From assembly GCA_976551045.1 (NCBI GenBank), contig CDPCPM010000037.1, positions 17,360,001 to 17,424,000 of the forward strand: a stretch of 64,000 bases of DNA, written 5' to 3'. Position 1 is the first letter of the stretch. Each line of letters starts with the position of its first letter. Both the position numbers and the translations under genes were made by a program. A model generated the notes under the pieces. That model searched no databases, was not told the DNA's origin, and saw nothing but the letters and a program-made list of their open reading frames with translations. Shown here piece by piece: positions 37,044 through 50,233 of the stretch. This DNA is from Glaucostegus cemiculus (Eukaryota).

Positions 37044-40000
37044 CTGCAGAGAAAGAAAAGAGTTATTTTTGTAAAGGTACAAGGAACTATTTTCTTTTAA
37101 CCTACATTTTATACAGTATACTAACCAACTGTTAGATTTTCAACTGTACTTTATAATCCATCAAGAAAAATTGTCTTTTGTCCTCTTGCTTTGCATTTTT
37201 AATGTTAAAAAATAACAATTCTTGTCAATAAATTATAATCATGCATTAATTCACAGTATTGCAAAGACTTTTTTTTTATTTTAAACAAATTAAGTACACT
37301 TGTTGATTTGTTGGAAACTGATTAGCTATAAGAACAATGTACTTTAGTTGACCTGAGTTCTAGTTGAAAACAAACACATTGGACAGATTATGAATTGAGT
37401 CTCCAAGTCATAAGAATGAGTATGTCCAGCTAACTCCAGATTTCAGATAATGATCCAAAGCCAGCAATGCTTACAGAAGTGGTTCTCAGGATGCCAGCCC
37501 TTTTCAAAAATTCTCATATTATCCATCCTAATATATGCTCCTTTTTACGTACCTCGTGCAATGTGAAAACCCCACACCATATTTCTCATCAGTTCTTTAC
37601 AGCTTGCATGTTTGATAATTTAAAAAAAAACATACAACATAGCAGCCCTGAAGTTCTCACGTCAGCACAGCCCTATTGCAGGCAAGTATTAGTCACAAGT
37701 TCACAGTTGTATCAGCATAATTCTTGTCAGTTATGATTGGGCCAAAGGGAGAATGCAGGTCCCATACTGAAATTCATTTTGTTTGGGACAGTTCTACACC
37801 CAGCGTCATCTTGCGCCCCCCACCCCAAAAATGAGGGCATCACAAATGTAGTGAAATACTCCAGCAGACTTCTTAAAGCTTACTTGTCATTTATAAAGTT
37901 GACTAAAAACTTCTGGAAGTCTTGATATTTACTTGCAATAAGCTCTTTATAGATTCTTTTTGCACTAAAAAATGTTATTTCAACATGAACATCAGAGAAA
38001 ATTGGCCCAGATCAATCAACCGGAAAGTCAGTAACTGGGCAACTTCTGGCCATGGGCTGATGCACACCATTCTACTTAGCACCAGCACTTCCACAGATTT
38101 CTCAGCTATCACTCTGGGAAATCTACATACCTGCTGAGCCCAGACTAAGTATAACAGACCCTGACAACGGATGGAAGAAATCAACTGCTGGGAGAAAGCC
38201 AGGAAGAGCAATTAATTTAGCCTAAATACTTCTAATTGTTTTTATGTAATTGTTTTTCATGCTTAGAATTTTAAATATTAAAAACCTACATCCATAGTGA
38301 TTCTGTATGTTCATGAACATCAAGGTACTCATATTCAACAACAATGGCTTTCAGACCCATGACCTTGGTGTGGGGTCAGCAGACCCTTTCAACCAGGGCT
38401 ACCAGCCAGTTATCCTGGGAAATAGCTTCACTCTGTACCATGCTGTGCTTGGACTTTCCAGTTACCTGGGAGTAGGGCTCCCAGCAGAAAATGACACCCC
38501 AGATCACAATGATGCAGCAGCATGATACAGGAGCAAGTAGCTAGAGGTTTTGGCATTTTCAGAAAATCCACTGCATTATGTAGCAGATCTTTGCAACTTA
38601 GTGGGAAAGGAATTTCCTTTTAATACTGCCCCACCAAAATTCCAATCTGCACTGAAGGCCAATTCCCAACCAAGGGCCTATTACAACAATGGGGAGGGGC
38701 CCGTTCCTGTAACTTACACAAAGCTGTCAGGGTCAGAATACCTAAAGATGACGAAATGCAATCCTAGAATTGGCAAGAACATAATTTGACGCTGTAAATA
38801 AATCAATAATTGTGTGCCCCAACATATAGTACAATATTCGGGCATTTTTTTTTACTGCTTTTCCGGCCAAAGTAAAAGCTTCAAATTTGCAGCTCAGGGT
38901 CAAAAGACATTTAGGATTAGAAGAGAATTGGTATCGTATTCCAAAGAAAACAATCGTTTTCTACACAGATTTCCACCCATGTTATCTGCTCACAAACCAA
39001 CCTCTCACCTACCCTGACCTTCCCAAGACTCCTTTAACTGAACCATTCCCCTAGGAGCAAAGGGACATGATTTTTTTTTAAATCAGATTGGAGGTAGGTT
39101 AAACACAAAATTTTTAAGGGGAGAAATAGTGCAGCAAACTCCAATGGGATCCTTCTATTAAGTAAATATATTTATTTCATTACAGGTAGACCTTAGAAAG
39201 GTTTTTCAAACAAAAGTCTCTCATTACCTGCACAGCCAACTGTTACCTTCTTCCCACTGAACTTCTCCCACAAACTCTCAACTTGAATGAGTTATGAGAA
39301 ATGGAAGATTTGTGATGTTAGACATCTTCCCTTTCTAGAACAGGAAAAGAAAGAGTCTACCACAGTGGAAGTAAATTATACCAAGATGTGCAAAGTGTGT
39401 TTTACAATGATCCTAATTCTTGACTTCTCAGAATTCTTGGGAATTTTTAAGATGCAGGGGAACAGAGGAAATGGCTTTTGAAACTACTACAGCTTTTCTG
39501 TCTTGAGAATAACAAACAGATTAAGAGCCAAGACCATGTGCACTTTAAAGAAAACAGAGGTAGGGTTAGGGATTAATGCAATCATAATTGCCAGAAAATG
39601 GCACAGGGAATAGGCTGTGGAGTGCCCAGTTATGATGAAATGTTGAAAGATATAATGGAAACATTTAGGGTTGAATCAAAATGGGAAAGAATCAAAAGCC
39701 CCTGAAGAACACCAGAACAGGACATAAGCCTAATGAAAATCACACTGCTCCACCATTTAATAAACTTAGCCCACAGAATGGTAGAAGCAAGATCTGCAAT
39801 ATTAAAAATAAACAAAGGCCCATGAACAAGAACCTTCCTTAGGCGCTATTGACTGCTTTGAAGCAATACCAAGGACAAGCAGGGAAATATATGGAACATA
39901 GGACATAAGTAGGGTATTAATTCTTCAACACCATCTCATCAATGGGATCATGGTTGGTCAGTACCTTGATTCCACTGACCTGACTTTGCTTGGAACTCTG

Positions 40001-43000
40001 AGGTCCTGGCTGATACATTCTGCCTCAAATATGTCTGAGGAACAGTATCATTGACAAAATTAAGTCACCATTGCAGATACCTTACAGATGTAATCTAACC
40101 AGTTGCACAGTATAGGCAATCATTAAAATGATGTCTTCCTACTGAAGCCTGCAATACGATTGCTCAATTGGTTGGAACTGTCAATCCAGCCATGTGCCAA
40201 GGTGCAGCTCAAATCGTCAAGACCAAATTCCTGAATGTCTTAAACATGGAAACTAGATGATATCTTGCTGTGTTCAGCACATTTTGGCTTTTATTTAAAT
40301 TACAGGATCTATACTAGGTAGATCAAATACTGCCTTGCTGTTTTTATAACCTTACTATAAATTTCGCTCACTAGGGATCAAGTGGTGACCTAACACACTC
40401 TAACAAAGGGTCTCAGAACTCAAGTTAACTATGTTTCTCTTTTCACAAATGCTGCTTGACCCAAGTGTTCCTAGATTTTATTTCAGATTTCCAGTCGCTA
40501 CAGTTTTTTTTATTTTTATCTAATTTGGCCACATTTGAGGTTTCTAGATCCTATAAAAGCCTGTTGTAATCAGACTTTTTCTATTTGTCCAATTATTAAT
40601 GCTGAAACATAATTATGAACACATTTTCTGCAAATGTAACCAGTTTTCCTATGTATAGGTCAAAAATCAACATGCTGCTGGTTTCAGTAGAGCTGCCTCA
40701 TTTATATTGCTCAACGTTGCCCAAAGAAGGAACAATCCACTCATTACAATCCACTACAATTCACTCATTGGCAATTCATTCTTGTTTGGCAAATCTATTG
40801 AGCCACGAACGCCATTGTTCTTTGCTACTAGGATTCAATTTAAGTATGTAGATCAAAACTTTTTTTTATACACAAGAATTTGGAACAGAAATGGAAATAA
40901 GTTGATAAAATAAAGACTACAATGTAGCAATACCAGCATATTAACATTTGAAATAGGGACAAACATTCAACACGTATCCCTATCGTGCATGCTGAAAGAA
41001 ATACTTTAATATCTAGGAAACAAAGTTTTATTTTGCACTGCCTGAAAACTGGCATAGGCATTTCCCCTGACTTAGATTGCAATTAAGTGTCAATACAGCC
41101 TGTGAATGGGTCAAAATACTACACAGCTTATCGCAAAGTACAAAAAAGGCACATTTGCTAGGTTTTAAGCTGCAACTAGTTCAGCTACTCCAATTGTCTA
41201 AATGACCCACATCAGTCCCAAAAAAAATTCTTACACCATTTCCATTTCGACATCTATTTCCCATTTTTAGTTTTCTGGGGAGCTGGCTGTGTAGAACTCA
41301 AAAGTAATGGGATCTCTTTCAACAAGTGTTCAGATAATACAACCAAATTATGCCTAATGTGTGCAGATTGCACTATATTGCATGTGAGATCTAACACACT
41401 GATTTAGTGGAAGTCGGAGTAGCCATCCCAATTTGCCAAAAGTGGCTAGGCAAAACTTAGGGGAAGAACTTTTTTCCCCAGTCTCCACCTTGGCACCTAG
41501 TTGGAATTTAACACTACGGAATGATGATTCCTTGGTCTAGATTAAGTTTTCTATTGACGCTTACCAGTGGTCTTTGGAGTAAAACTTGAAGAGGATGAGG
41601 ACAGATGCAGCCGTTCTGATGCAGCTCATTCTCCCTGGAGCTTGGATGACTGTGCCTTCATAGGAACGGTGGCTGGAAGGGGAAGAGGAGTGGGATGACT
41701 TTGAGCACTTGCCGACCAGAGGCAAGTCAGACACTGATGCTTCAGCCATCTTGGATTTTGTGATCTAATGCAATCTTTGAACCAAGGCTTCCCAATTTTA
41801 TTTCCCTGGGAAAGTTTGACAATTCACATAATGCTACATTGTGGTCATGAAAAAGGTAATAAACATTATGTTCAGTGAAAGGCCAGAACAGAATTCATTA
41901 GAAATAAAACCATGACCACAATGCCAGAGACAGATGGGCATGGTATTGTAGATCCTATCACACTCATGATAGTTGTGTGATCACACCCATTTTCAATAGG
42001 AGAAAGAACTGAGGAGCAACGGCATGGGGAATGTAGTAAAGGGTATGGAAAAAAAAAATCACAAATGGGACAGACATCCTAAAACCTCCCACCACATAAA
42101 TACTGGCTTCGGATCATTACTAAATTTTCTGGAGGAAACGAAAATAATTCACTTAATTTTTTGTACTTGTTCATGATTCTAAGTATTGTTCTATCACAAC
42201 CAAAAGTTTTCTTCAATAGAACATAACGTTACAAACAATGTTGAGAATGCCTAACATGTCACATCAGTGTAACTCAAATCATAGATCGTAGTGCAAATGC
42301 ATAAGAATATGCTGAATAAATAAGCTTTGAGTGACAATATTCAGATTCAACAATTCACAGGCAAATCCAGTTAGTGGCTTTTTCTGAAGTATAAGATTTC
42401 TGTATTTTTAGCATACAAATGCATATAGGCATGTTGGTAACTGTACCTATGCAAATGAATTTTATTAGAATTGAGAAGTACAATTGCACCGGAGAACTTA
42501 CTGTAACATTTTATTTTAAGCTTTGCAGATTGGAACAATAGGGTAAAAATTAAACATTTCTTCAACATTTTATTTAAGTATACTTATTGAAGAACAGCAA
42601 GCTTTTGTTCTCATTCTTGCATGTGACCCATCTCTATCATGGCTGCCAATTTGGTCACATGCTCAAAGACCCAATGCAAATTTGGACCTTTACAAGAGGC
42701 AGTGCCAATAATCAACCCAGATTCAGGAATGGCCATGTAGGAAATTCTAGGCAAAAAGCTAGATCTTACACTGTACTGGTAGAGGCCATAGGCTTGGTGC
42801 AAGAAAGAATGATACAGTATGTTCTAAAATAGTCTAACATTATAGCACAGGCAAGGAATAAAGTTCAGCAGGCAGCCATGCTCCAAGGCTTCAAGAGAGA
42901 GATCAAAACCAGATACTAAAAAGTGAAAATGTGTAGTCAGATTTGAGAACTGGAAGCATCAACTCTAAAAGATTTGTTTCCAAAGTTTTTTTTTACACAC

Positions 43001-43670
43001 ACATGAAATGGTTAAATGTTACATTATGATTTATTTCTTTATATGGTTACTTCAATCAATTTACACTATTTCCTGTGCCAGCTGTTTTCCAAACTCTATC
43101 CCAAGCACTAGGCAGTCACCAAGCCAACCAAAGATTCTACAGTCTGGTCTGAGTACGATCAGCTTTTTGTTTCCCAGCTGAATTACAAATGGCGTATACA
43201 TGTAAACCAAAGCCATCCAAAATGCCACAAGCTTTTCTTTTCAAAAAACTAATACATTCTTTTATAATATTTACCTTGTAAATAATGAGAAGCCACTGGC
43301 AGAGAAACCTTGTCCTGAAAATTTAAAACAAAAAGGCATGTCTTTTTGATTTGTTGGTTTACTATTAATGACAAAAGTAACATGTTAACTCATTCATCAA
43401 TGCAACACCCCTAAATAAGAGCTCATAAATAGCACTACACTTCAAACAGGTTTTCTATTTAAATGCCAGAAGTAGTATAGACATTAAATTCAGTTAAATG
43501 TTATTACTGGACCTGATTAGCAAGAACTGGAAAAACCTGTACTGAGTCATTTTATCCCAATATAATTTTGAATTAACACCTTATGTCAATATAAAAACTT
43601 GTAATCTCCAGCTTCAAATTGGACATCCCTACAGGAATTAATTTTTTCATGAATCAGAATGGATTCATGA

Positions 43671-43716
43671 AGTCAGAGTTAATGTACATCCATACAGTCA
43701 GAGTTAATGTACATCC
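43671..43716. repeat. Tandem duplication, 25-bp period
   Basis: AGTCAGAGTTAATGTACATCC at 43671 and 43696. Confidence 0.9.
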
Positions 43717-43989
43717 CTCAATTTATTTGTCCAATGGAAAGACTATCCTCTCCTAGATGATCCAGTCAGGAAATGCACTTGCTAGCAAAGGGATCAAACA
43801 AATTAATATTTTAGTTAGTTGAGCTCTAATTAATGAATGACAAGTTTGCATTTTAAATTCCTTTAAAATGCAAAATAAAGGAACCTAGGCTAACTACCAT
43901 CTTCACTAATTACGTTTTTATCTCAAACTGCTGTGACCACCAGAATATACTCATTTTGGGACTGTCACTTTGGACACAAAAGTGAGTGG

Positions 43990-44340
43990 TACAGCAGTTA
44001 AATGGAAACACAAGGAATTCTGTATATGCTGGAATCTGGAACAATACACAAAAAGTGCTGGAGGAACACAGCAGGTCAGGCAGCATCTATGGCGGGAAAT
44101 ATACAGTCAACATTTTAAGAGACTCCTCATCAGCACAGGAAAGGAAGCGGGCAGAAGCCAGAATAAGAAGGTGGGGGAGGGGAGGAGCACACACAGGCAG
44201 GTGATAAACAAGTCCAGGTGAGAGGGGTGGGGGAGGAAAGGTTGGTGGATGGTTGGGGGAAGAAAGTAGTAATAAGCTGAGAAATGATAGGTAGAAGGCC
44301 TGAAAGAGGAGGAATCCAGTAGGAAAGGGCAGTGGTCCAC
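43990..44340 (-). mobile_element. Penelope-like terminal repeat fragment
   Basis: Clearly homologous to 62620-62970 (GCTGGAATCTGG..., GGGCAGAAGCC.GAATAAGAAGGTG); hammerhead stem II partly deleted. Confidence 0.8.
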
Positions 44341-47300
44341 TTTATGGTCCCAAAATAGCCTTCTGTTCAAGGATCATCTTGGAAAGCATAATGCCATTTC
44401 TTTTCCCACTAAATTTGTTTCAACTTTTACAGACAACTCATGTATTATCACCATCTGTTCAACAGCCTCCCATTTGCTCCTTCTTTCCCACTGAGGTAAA
44501 ACTTATCTTGGTGGGAAAGGAAAGAAAAAGGTGTTAAATCTCTGCCCGACATACAAATTTCTCTCAATTCTCTTCCCATGCCCCAAGAGTCCCATTCTCA
44601 ACTAATCAAACATTATTTCTAATTGTTACAAAATAAGGGGGAATATGAAGAAAAGCTTCAAAAAAAAAAGAACTGTTACCATTGGGAACTCGCTCTCTGG
44701 AAGGTGATGGAAACAGAGTCAATCAGGGATTTCAAAAGGAAATTGGAAAAGCACTTGATGGAAAATAATTTTTGGGTACTGAGGAATGAGCAAGCAGACT
44801 TGATAGCTCAAGTGTCTTTCTGTGAGGTAACGATTCTGTGATTCCATTCTTTAACTGCTCCCAAGCTTACAATTCCTAAGTATTTATTACTTTCCCCAAA
44901 TCTGGTTTCTTCAACACACTCTACACACTACATTTCTGGTTGTTACACTTGAGATCTGTGGAATTCCCACTCTGAACATTCCTTTGTTCTGGCATTGAAA
45001 ACTATATTTTCTAGGATTTTAATCATTCCTACACATTCTCCTTTGACTTGAAGTCAATTTATGCATTGGTGAACAATCCTGCAAGGTATTTCTATTATAA
45101 AATGCAGAAAAAATATCAAGTTGTTACTGGAAATAAAACAAAATTTGACTGAGTCATAAATCAATACAGAATAAGATTTAGCACAAGTGAATATTTCATT
45201 ATTTTTAAACTGAAGACTCATCAATGGTTAATTTATGTTTAGCTTGCATGTCAAAGCAAATGCCAATAAAATTCAGGTCAGTTTTATACAAATATATTAA
45301 TCAAAAATAAATTGAATTAATCAATAAAATGAAGGAAATAGCTTTGCAATTTTGGATTCAGGCAAGAAATGAAAAGTTGCACAGCACTGTTACGTTCCAA
45401 TCTAAAATGAATAGCTTATCTTAGTCAGGCCAGACTGCACCTTCAGATATTCCACCAGCATTATTCTTGTGTCAGACTGCAAATATACTTTGATTTGGCT
45501 TCATATTGTTCTTTGCAGTATTTTCTTAAAGCTTCAAAAGGACTTGTTATTTTCAATTTGCAACGATCAATAACTTCTAAGAAGCAATCTGATCAATGTT
45601 TTTAGTAAATTAATAATCAGGACAGAGGAATTAACCTTTCTCTTGGCTTTTGTACTATTCAATTGCAAAGTGGACAACCTAAAACAGAAAGCTATACTTT
45701 CACTTCCATTAAACAGATCAATGTATAATGTGCTCAGAAGGAAAAAAAAGCTAATTTAAATACAAGTGTATCATAATACAACCATTTCTGAACATTGAAA
45801 TTATCTAACTGGCTGAACACATATCTGGATCGCAGAAATCAAAAGGTTTAAAATGCAGTCACCATATTGTTAGTTATATGCAGACATCAGCTGCATGAAC
45901 AATGCCAAGAGCCAAATAAGAAACAATGTAATGTCTGCATGGCAACCTCGACACGTCTAGATTTATATGAAACAATGGAGCAGATTTTCATCTTCACCAT
46001 TTTTATGATAACCCAATGGATCAGGTCCAGATTGCACTCCTTTATAAAACCCTAACATCAATGAAGAGATTACCAGGCACTTTCTGTGAAAGAGTGGCAA
46101 TCCACTCCTAAAGTTTATTGCCCAGTGAAGGCAAAAACATGCTTCAATGTTTCAAAACACTTCCACACTGAGAATACACCCAGCCACAAAGATTTTATTA
46201 CTATAGTTGAGCAAGTCCCACATACATCCAAGTAGTTCATCTAAATGTAATACCTTTTACTAACAGTCGGAAGGAAAAGTGCTGTCAGAGAAGACTGATT
46301 AGATTTTGAATACTTCATAATTGACCAAGTTCTCACAGGCTAATCAATAATGGGCAGTCAATATAATACCAGTAAATGCTGAATTATCAACTTCCTCAAA
46401 TATGGGGGAAAATAAGCAGCACTTTAAATCTGTACTTCCATTTAATTAGATTGTGGCTTCTCAATTTCATTTACTCACCTTTAATCCAGTATTAAACATT
46501 TGAGATGACTTTAATTACTGCATTGTTTTTGGAGTTCAGGTGGAGGTGGAAGTTCCAGACTTCCACATCTACTCTATGTGGAAAAATGTTTTCTTAATTG
46601 TGTGGCTTCAATTTTGTAATCACAATCTGTTGTTTGCATTCCCAAAGGAATTAATTTCCCTATGTTTACACTGTCATATTAAGTTCATTTCAAACATGCC
46701 AGTTAGATCATACTGTACCTTCTAAACAGAAGCAAATTAGGCCCTGGTAAAGTTCTGCTGAAATGTCCACATCCTTTAGTTCTGTGCCTACTGTAGCTCA
46801 TGATTTTGTGAAACTGTTAAGAGGTTTCAGAAGGTGAGAGGGGAGTTTGGGGGGCGGGGGTGGAAAATGGGTGTTGTTCCAAAAACTCCTAAGGGACACA
46901 GCAGATTATGTGTAACTAAACATTCTCAGTTGTTTCACCTTGCTATCTTTATTATTGGACAAATCAGAATTTTTACATCATAAAATGCATTTTTTTAGAA
47001 CAATTTACCTCCAGTAAAGGATTGCATTTTAAAGTTTTTTTTTGTTATTTCCCCACACCTGCTTTTAAACCTTATAAGATTGCCTAGAGTTTATCTGACT
47101 TAAAAGAAACAAAAAAAAGGGAGAAATTTGTCTTTGGTCACAAGAGCTGTCCCATTTGAACTGAACATGTGGCAGCAAGTACAACTGGCAGCCAATACTT
47201 TTGCATACATTTAGCTCAATTTACCAAAAATAAATTTCTCCTCTGATGGATATTTAGAAAATTGCTGATCCTAAATGAGATGACTGAATTTTCTACATGT

Positions 47301-47912
47301 TTGCCAGTTTAAGTAGAACTATCTGAACACATTAAGAAGTTCTTTTAATGTCATTAGCTTTTGAAGGTCAGTTTCAAACTGTGTACAATCATTCCCTACA
47401 AACCTAAATAAAATTTGTATCCAGTGTGAAGAGTGTACTAAGGACATGCAAAGCACAACATTCATATAGTTATAATTATTTTGCATATAATGACAACTAT
47501 TCATTTGAAACAATCAGCATTTTATCTTCTAACTAACGAACAATCCACCTTAGATGATCACATTCTCCACTCTGGACTCTAAATCACAATAAACAAAAGC
47601 TGGGGTGAGGGAGGAATGGGCTTGTAGGGGGATAGTGTTTCCTGCCAATTTCTGCAGGACAGCAAAAGATATGACTTGAAACCTTGATGGGTTACCGAAT
47701 TATCATCTTGAACAAATTCTGAATGACAACACTGGCGAGGGGGTCCCAATTGTAATTGCATTCCAACTTTATTGGTAAATAATTATGTATTTTTTTCCTT
47801 CTGCAGCTACAATAACTTAGTCAAGTGTATACAATAAGCTCAAATATTCCAACATGAGAGCAAGTTGATTGCATTTGAATCATAAGCGCATAAATACCCC
47901 AACAGGACTCAC

Positions 47913-49439
47913 CTTACGTACAACTTCCTCCTCTTCCTGGCGCTTTTCGTAATGTGAAAAGTCATCAAAAATTGAGGTGGTATGCTTGTAAGTAGCAATA
48001 ATTTTGAGCACTTGCTTGGCTTTTTCTAAAGGAACCTCCTGTGTGTCTCGAGAGTTAGTGACTGGTTTATTATCATTGTTTTCCAAACGGATATGCCTCA
48101 GCTGGTTATTAGGCACGTCTTTTACAAAGATCCACTTAACATCAAATTTGCCTTTCCACTTGTCCTGTGACCAAACCCCAGCACATGTACCATAGTCCAC
48201 TGCCGATTTCATTTCTGCCACTCCACAAAAATGTCCACTGCCATTTACACTGAATAGTAAGTAAACAGGACCTTTGCCAGCCATCGAGCGATACGCACTG
48301 TCCAAGCGTTTATTGCCATGTTCTGTACTGCACCAAATGGAGTACTTGATAGAGCGATGGATGTCATCCTCAGAGTAGCTCTTGATAATAAACACTCGAC
48401 CATTTTTGACATTCCAGTCAAAGTCTTTTGGATTGTAGCTGTAAGCAGCCTTCAGTTTTTCAAGGACAGGATGAGTCTCATTGCTTGGTGGAGAGCTAAC
48501 TGGTACATTACCCAGAGAGTTGTTTTCATTACCAGCTCCATTGTTTTGACCAAATGCTGCACCTCTGTTGCGAGGGGCAATCCAACGATTCTGCGGGGGT
48601 TGCTGAGGATTCTGAAATGGTTGCTGTGGAATCTGCAACTGCTGAGGTGGAGGGGGCTGAGTCAACTGCTGCTGAGGAACTGCCTGAGTAGTAGGGACCT
48701 GATGAGGTGGAGGAGCTTTTGGTACAGGTCCTTTATTGTCCCATGTACCAATATCCATATTGTGTTTTATAGGAGGTGGGGGCAACGTAGAACTTCCCAC
48801 TGCCGCTCCAGTCTTTGGTTTTAGTTTTGGTTGAGGCTTGGCTGGTTTACTTGCAATGGCAGCCCATGATGTTGGCTTTGGAGCAGATACACCTGCTGTT
48901 GAGCCATTTCCAGATGCTGCATTGGTCATACCTGGGCTATTTACCACAGACCCCACTGTCTTCACACCTGATGATGTCACAGCGCCACCAATCTTTAATC
49001 CAACCATCCCTTGTTCAATGCTATTCATGCCTGGAGCTTTATTCAAAGTATCATTCGGAAACCCTGTCTGGCCATCGACTATTGTACCACCCAAAGAACT
49101 AGGTGGGTAGCTATAGCTACTGCCATATGCTGAGCTTGGTGTTTGTTGTCCCTGAGACCCACCTGTCCCCCATGCAGAAAACCCAGGGTTTTCAGGAAAA
49201 AAGTTGAACCTATGTTGATTTAAATATGGAGTGCTCCCTAGACCCCCAGGTTGACCAAAGACAGCATCATGCATGAAATGATGGTCTCCATTGCTCAGCT
49301 GTCCATAGGTTGTTAAGTATGGAATAGGAGGATCGCCACCAGTGGACCATGGTGCTGCTTCACTAAGAGAATAGGAAAATCCAATGGGAGGATAATAACT
49401 TGACAGATATGGATCAGTCATTGACGGATAGCTGTTATT
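47913..49439 (-). CDS. YTHDF1: YTHDF1 coding exon 4 (1527 nt): P/Q/G-rich low-complexity region plus entire YTH domain
   Basis: ORF 47880-49421 contains [39 protein letters not shown] and [10 protein letters not shown] (the three aromatic-cage Trp). Acceptor CAG|AAT at 49439, donor AAG|GTGAGT at 47912. Confidence 0.99.
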
Positions 49440-50200
49440 CTGTTGATTAAAAAAAGGGCAAAAGGTTAAAGAACCATGTTACAATCATTTACACTCATCT
49501 ATTCTTCCATTCTAACATAATCCAAAATTAATCCAACTGATTAATTTGAAGACCTTCAAGATTGTGATTAGTTGCAGAATTCTGATTTTATTAAGCAGTC
49601 AAATAATTAAAAATACTATTTAAAGATACAATTAAACTTCTGAATCTCTACCAGACCCATCACTTGAGTACTGCAGAAATAAACTGACTTAGTACTAAAA
49701 TTATACAGGATCAACTAATATAATGTGTATTTGAACAGTAAATCTGTCACTACACTTGACTTATTAAAGTGAAAGAACTATAATAAAAAAAATAACATAC
49801 ATCTAGTTAAGTAATTTGTTAATGTTGTCCAAGTAGTATAGCATTTTCAGAAACAGTCAATTTTGTTTGCCATATTCTGACCTTAAATACCTCAGAAAAT
49901 TAATACGTGCTGGAAGAAGCGGGTACATATATATCAAAGAGCAATAAAAGTGTGAGTGACAGAGTTGATAGCCTTTCACTCAGTTTCAAATGCAGCCATG
50001 GGAAAACTTCAATAATCCACAATCTGACTGTTCGGCATCTGGTTCTCTGGGTGATGTTTTCCAAGCCCTCTTTAAACTTCCCTGGTTCATTGAAAAATAT
50101 TAAACTATTGTGTAACATCTAAGAAACAAATGAATTAAAATGTACAGGGGTAGTAATAGAAATAGCATCCAAAAAAAACTACCAGTTCAGCACCTCTGTC

Positions 50201-50233
50201 CCAAGGGTGCCGGATTATCGGAGTTTTATTGTA
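50201..50233 (-). mobile_element. Tc1/mariner (Tigger/pogo-like) terminal inverted repeat remnant
   Basis: Minus strand TA-CAATAAAACTCCGATAATCCGGCAC resembles a TA+CAGTAAAAC... Tigger end; the partner TIR is not clear. Confidence 0.45.

Noticed and set aside
48004-49110. Plus-strand ORFs (63-168 aa) opposite YTHDF1 exon 4
   Set aside because: Antisense shadows of the coding exon with no recognisable domain.
47880-49421. 513-aa ORF as a complete single-exon gene or retrocopy
   Set aside because: It is exon 4 of spliced YTHDF1; canonical splice sites and the four other exons are present.
50186-50201. TTCAGCACC followed by an inverted RE1 right half (CTGTCC)
   Set aside because: Non-canonical orientation and adjacent to a DNA-transposon remnant; not supportable without ChIP data.
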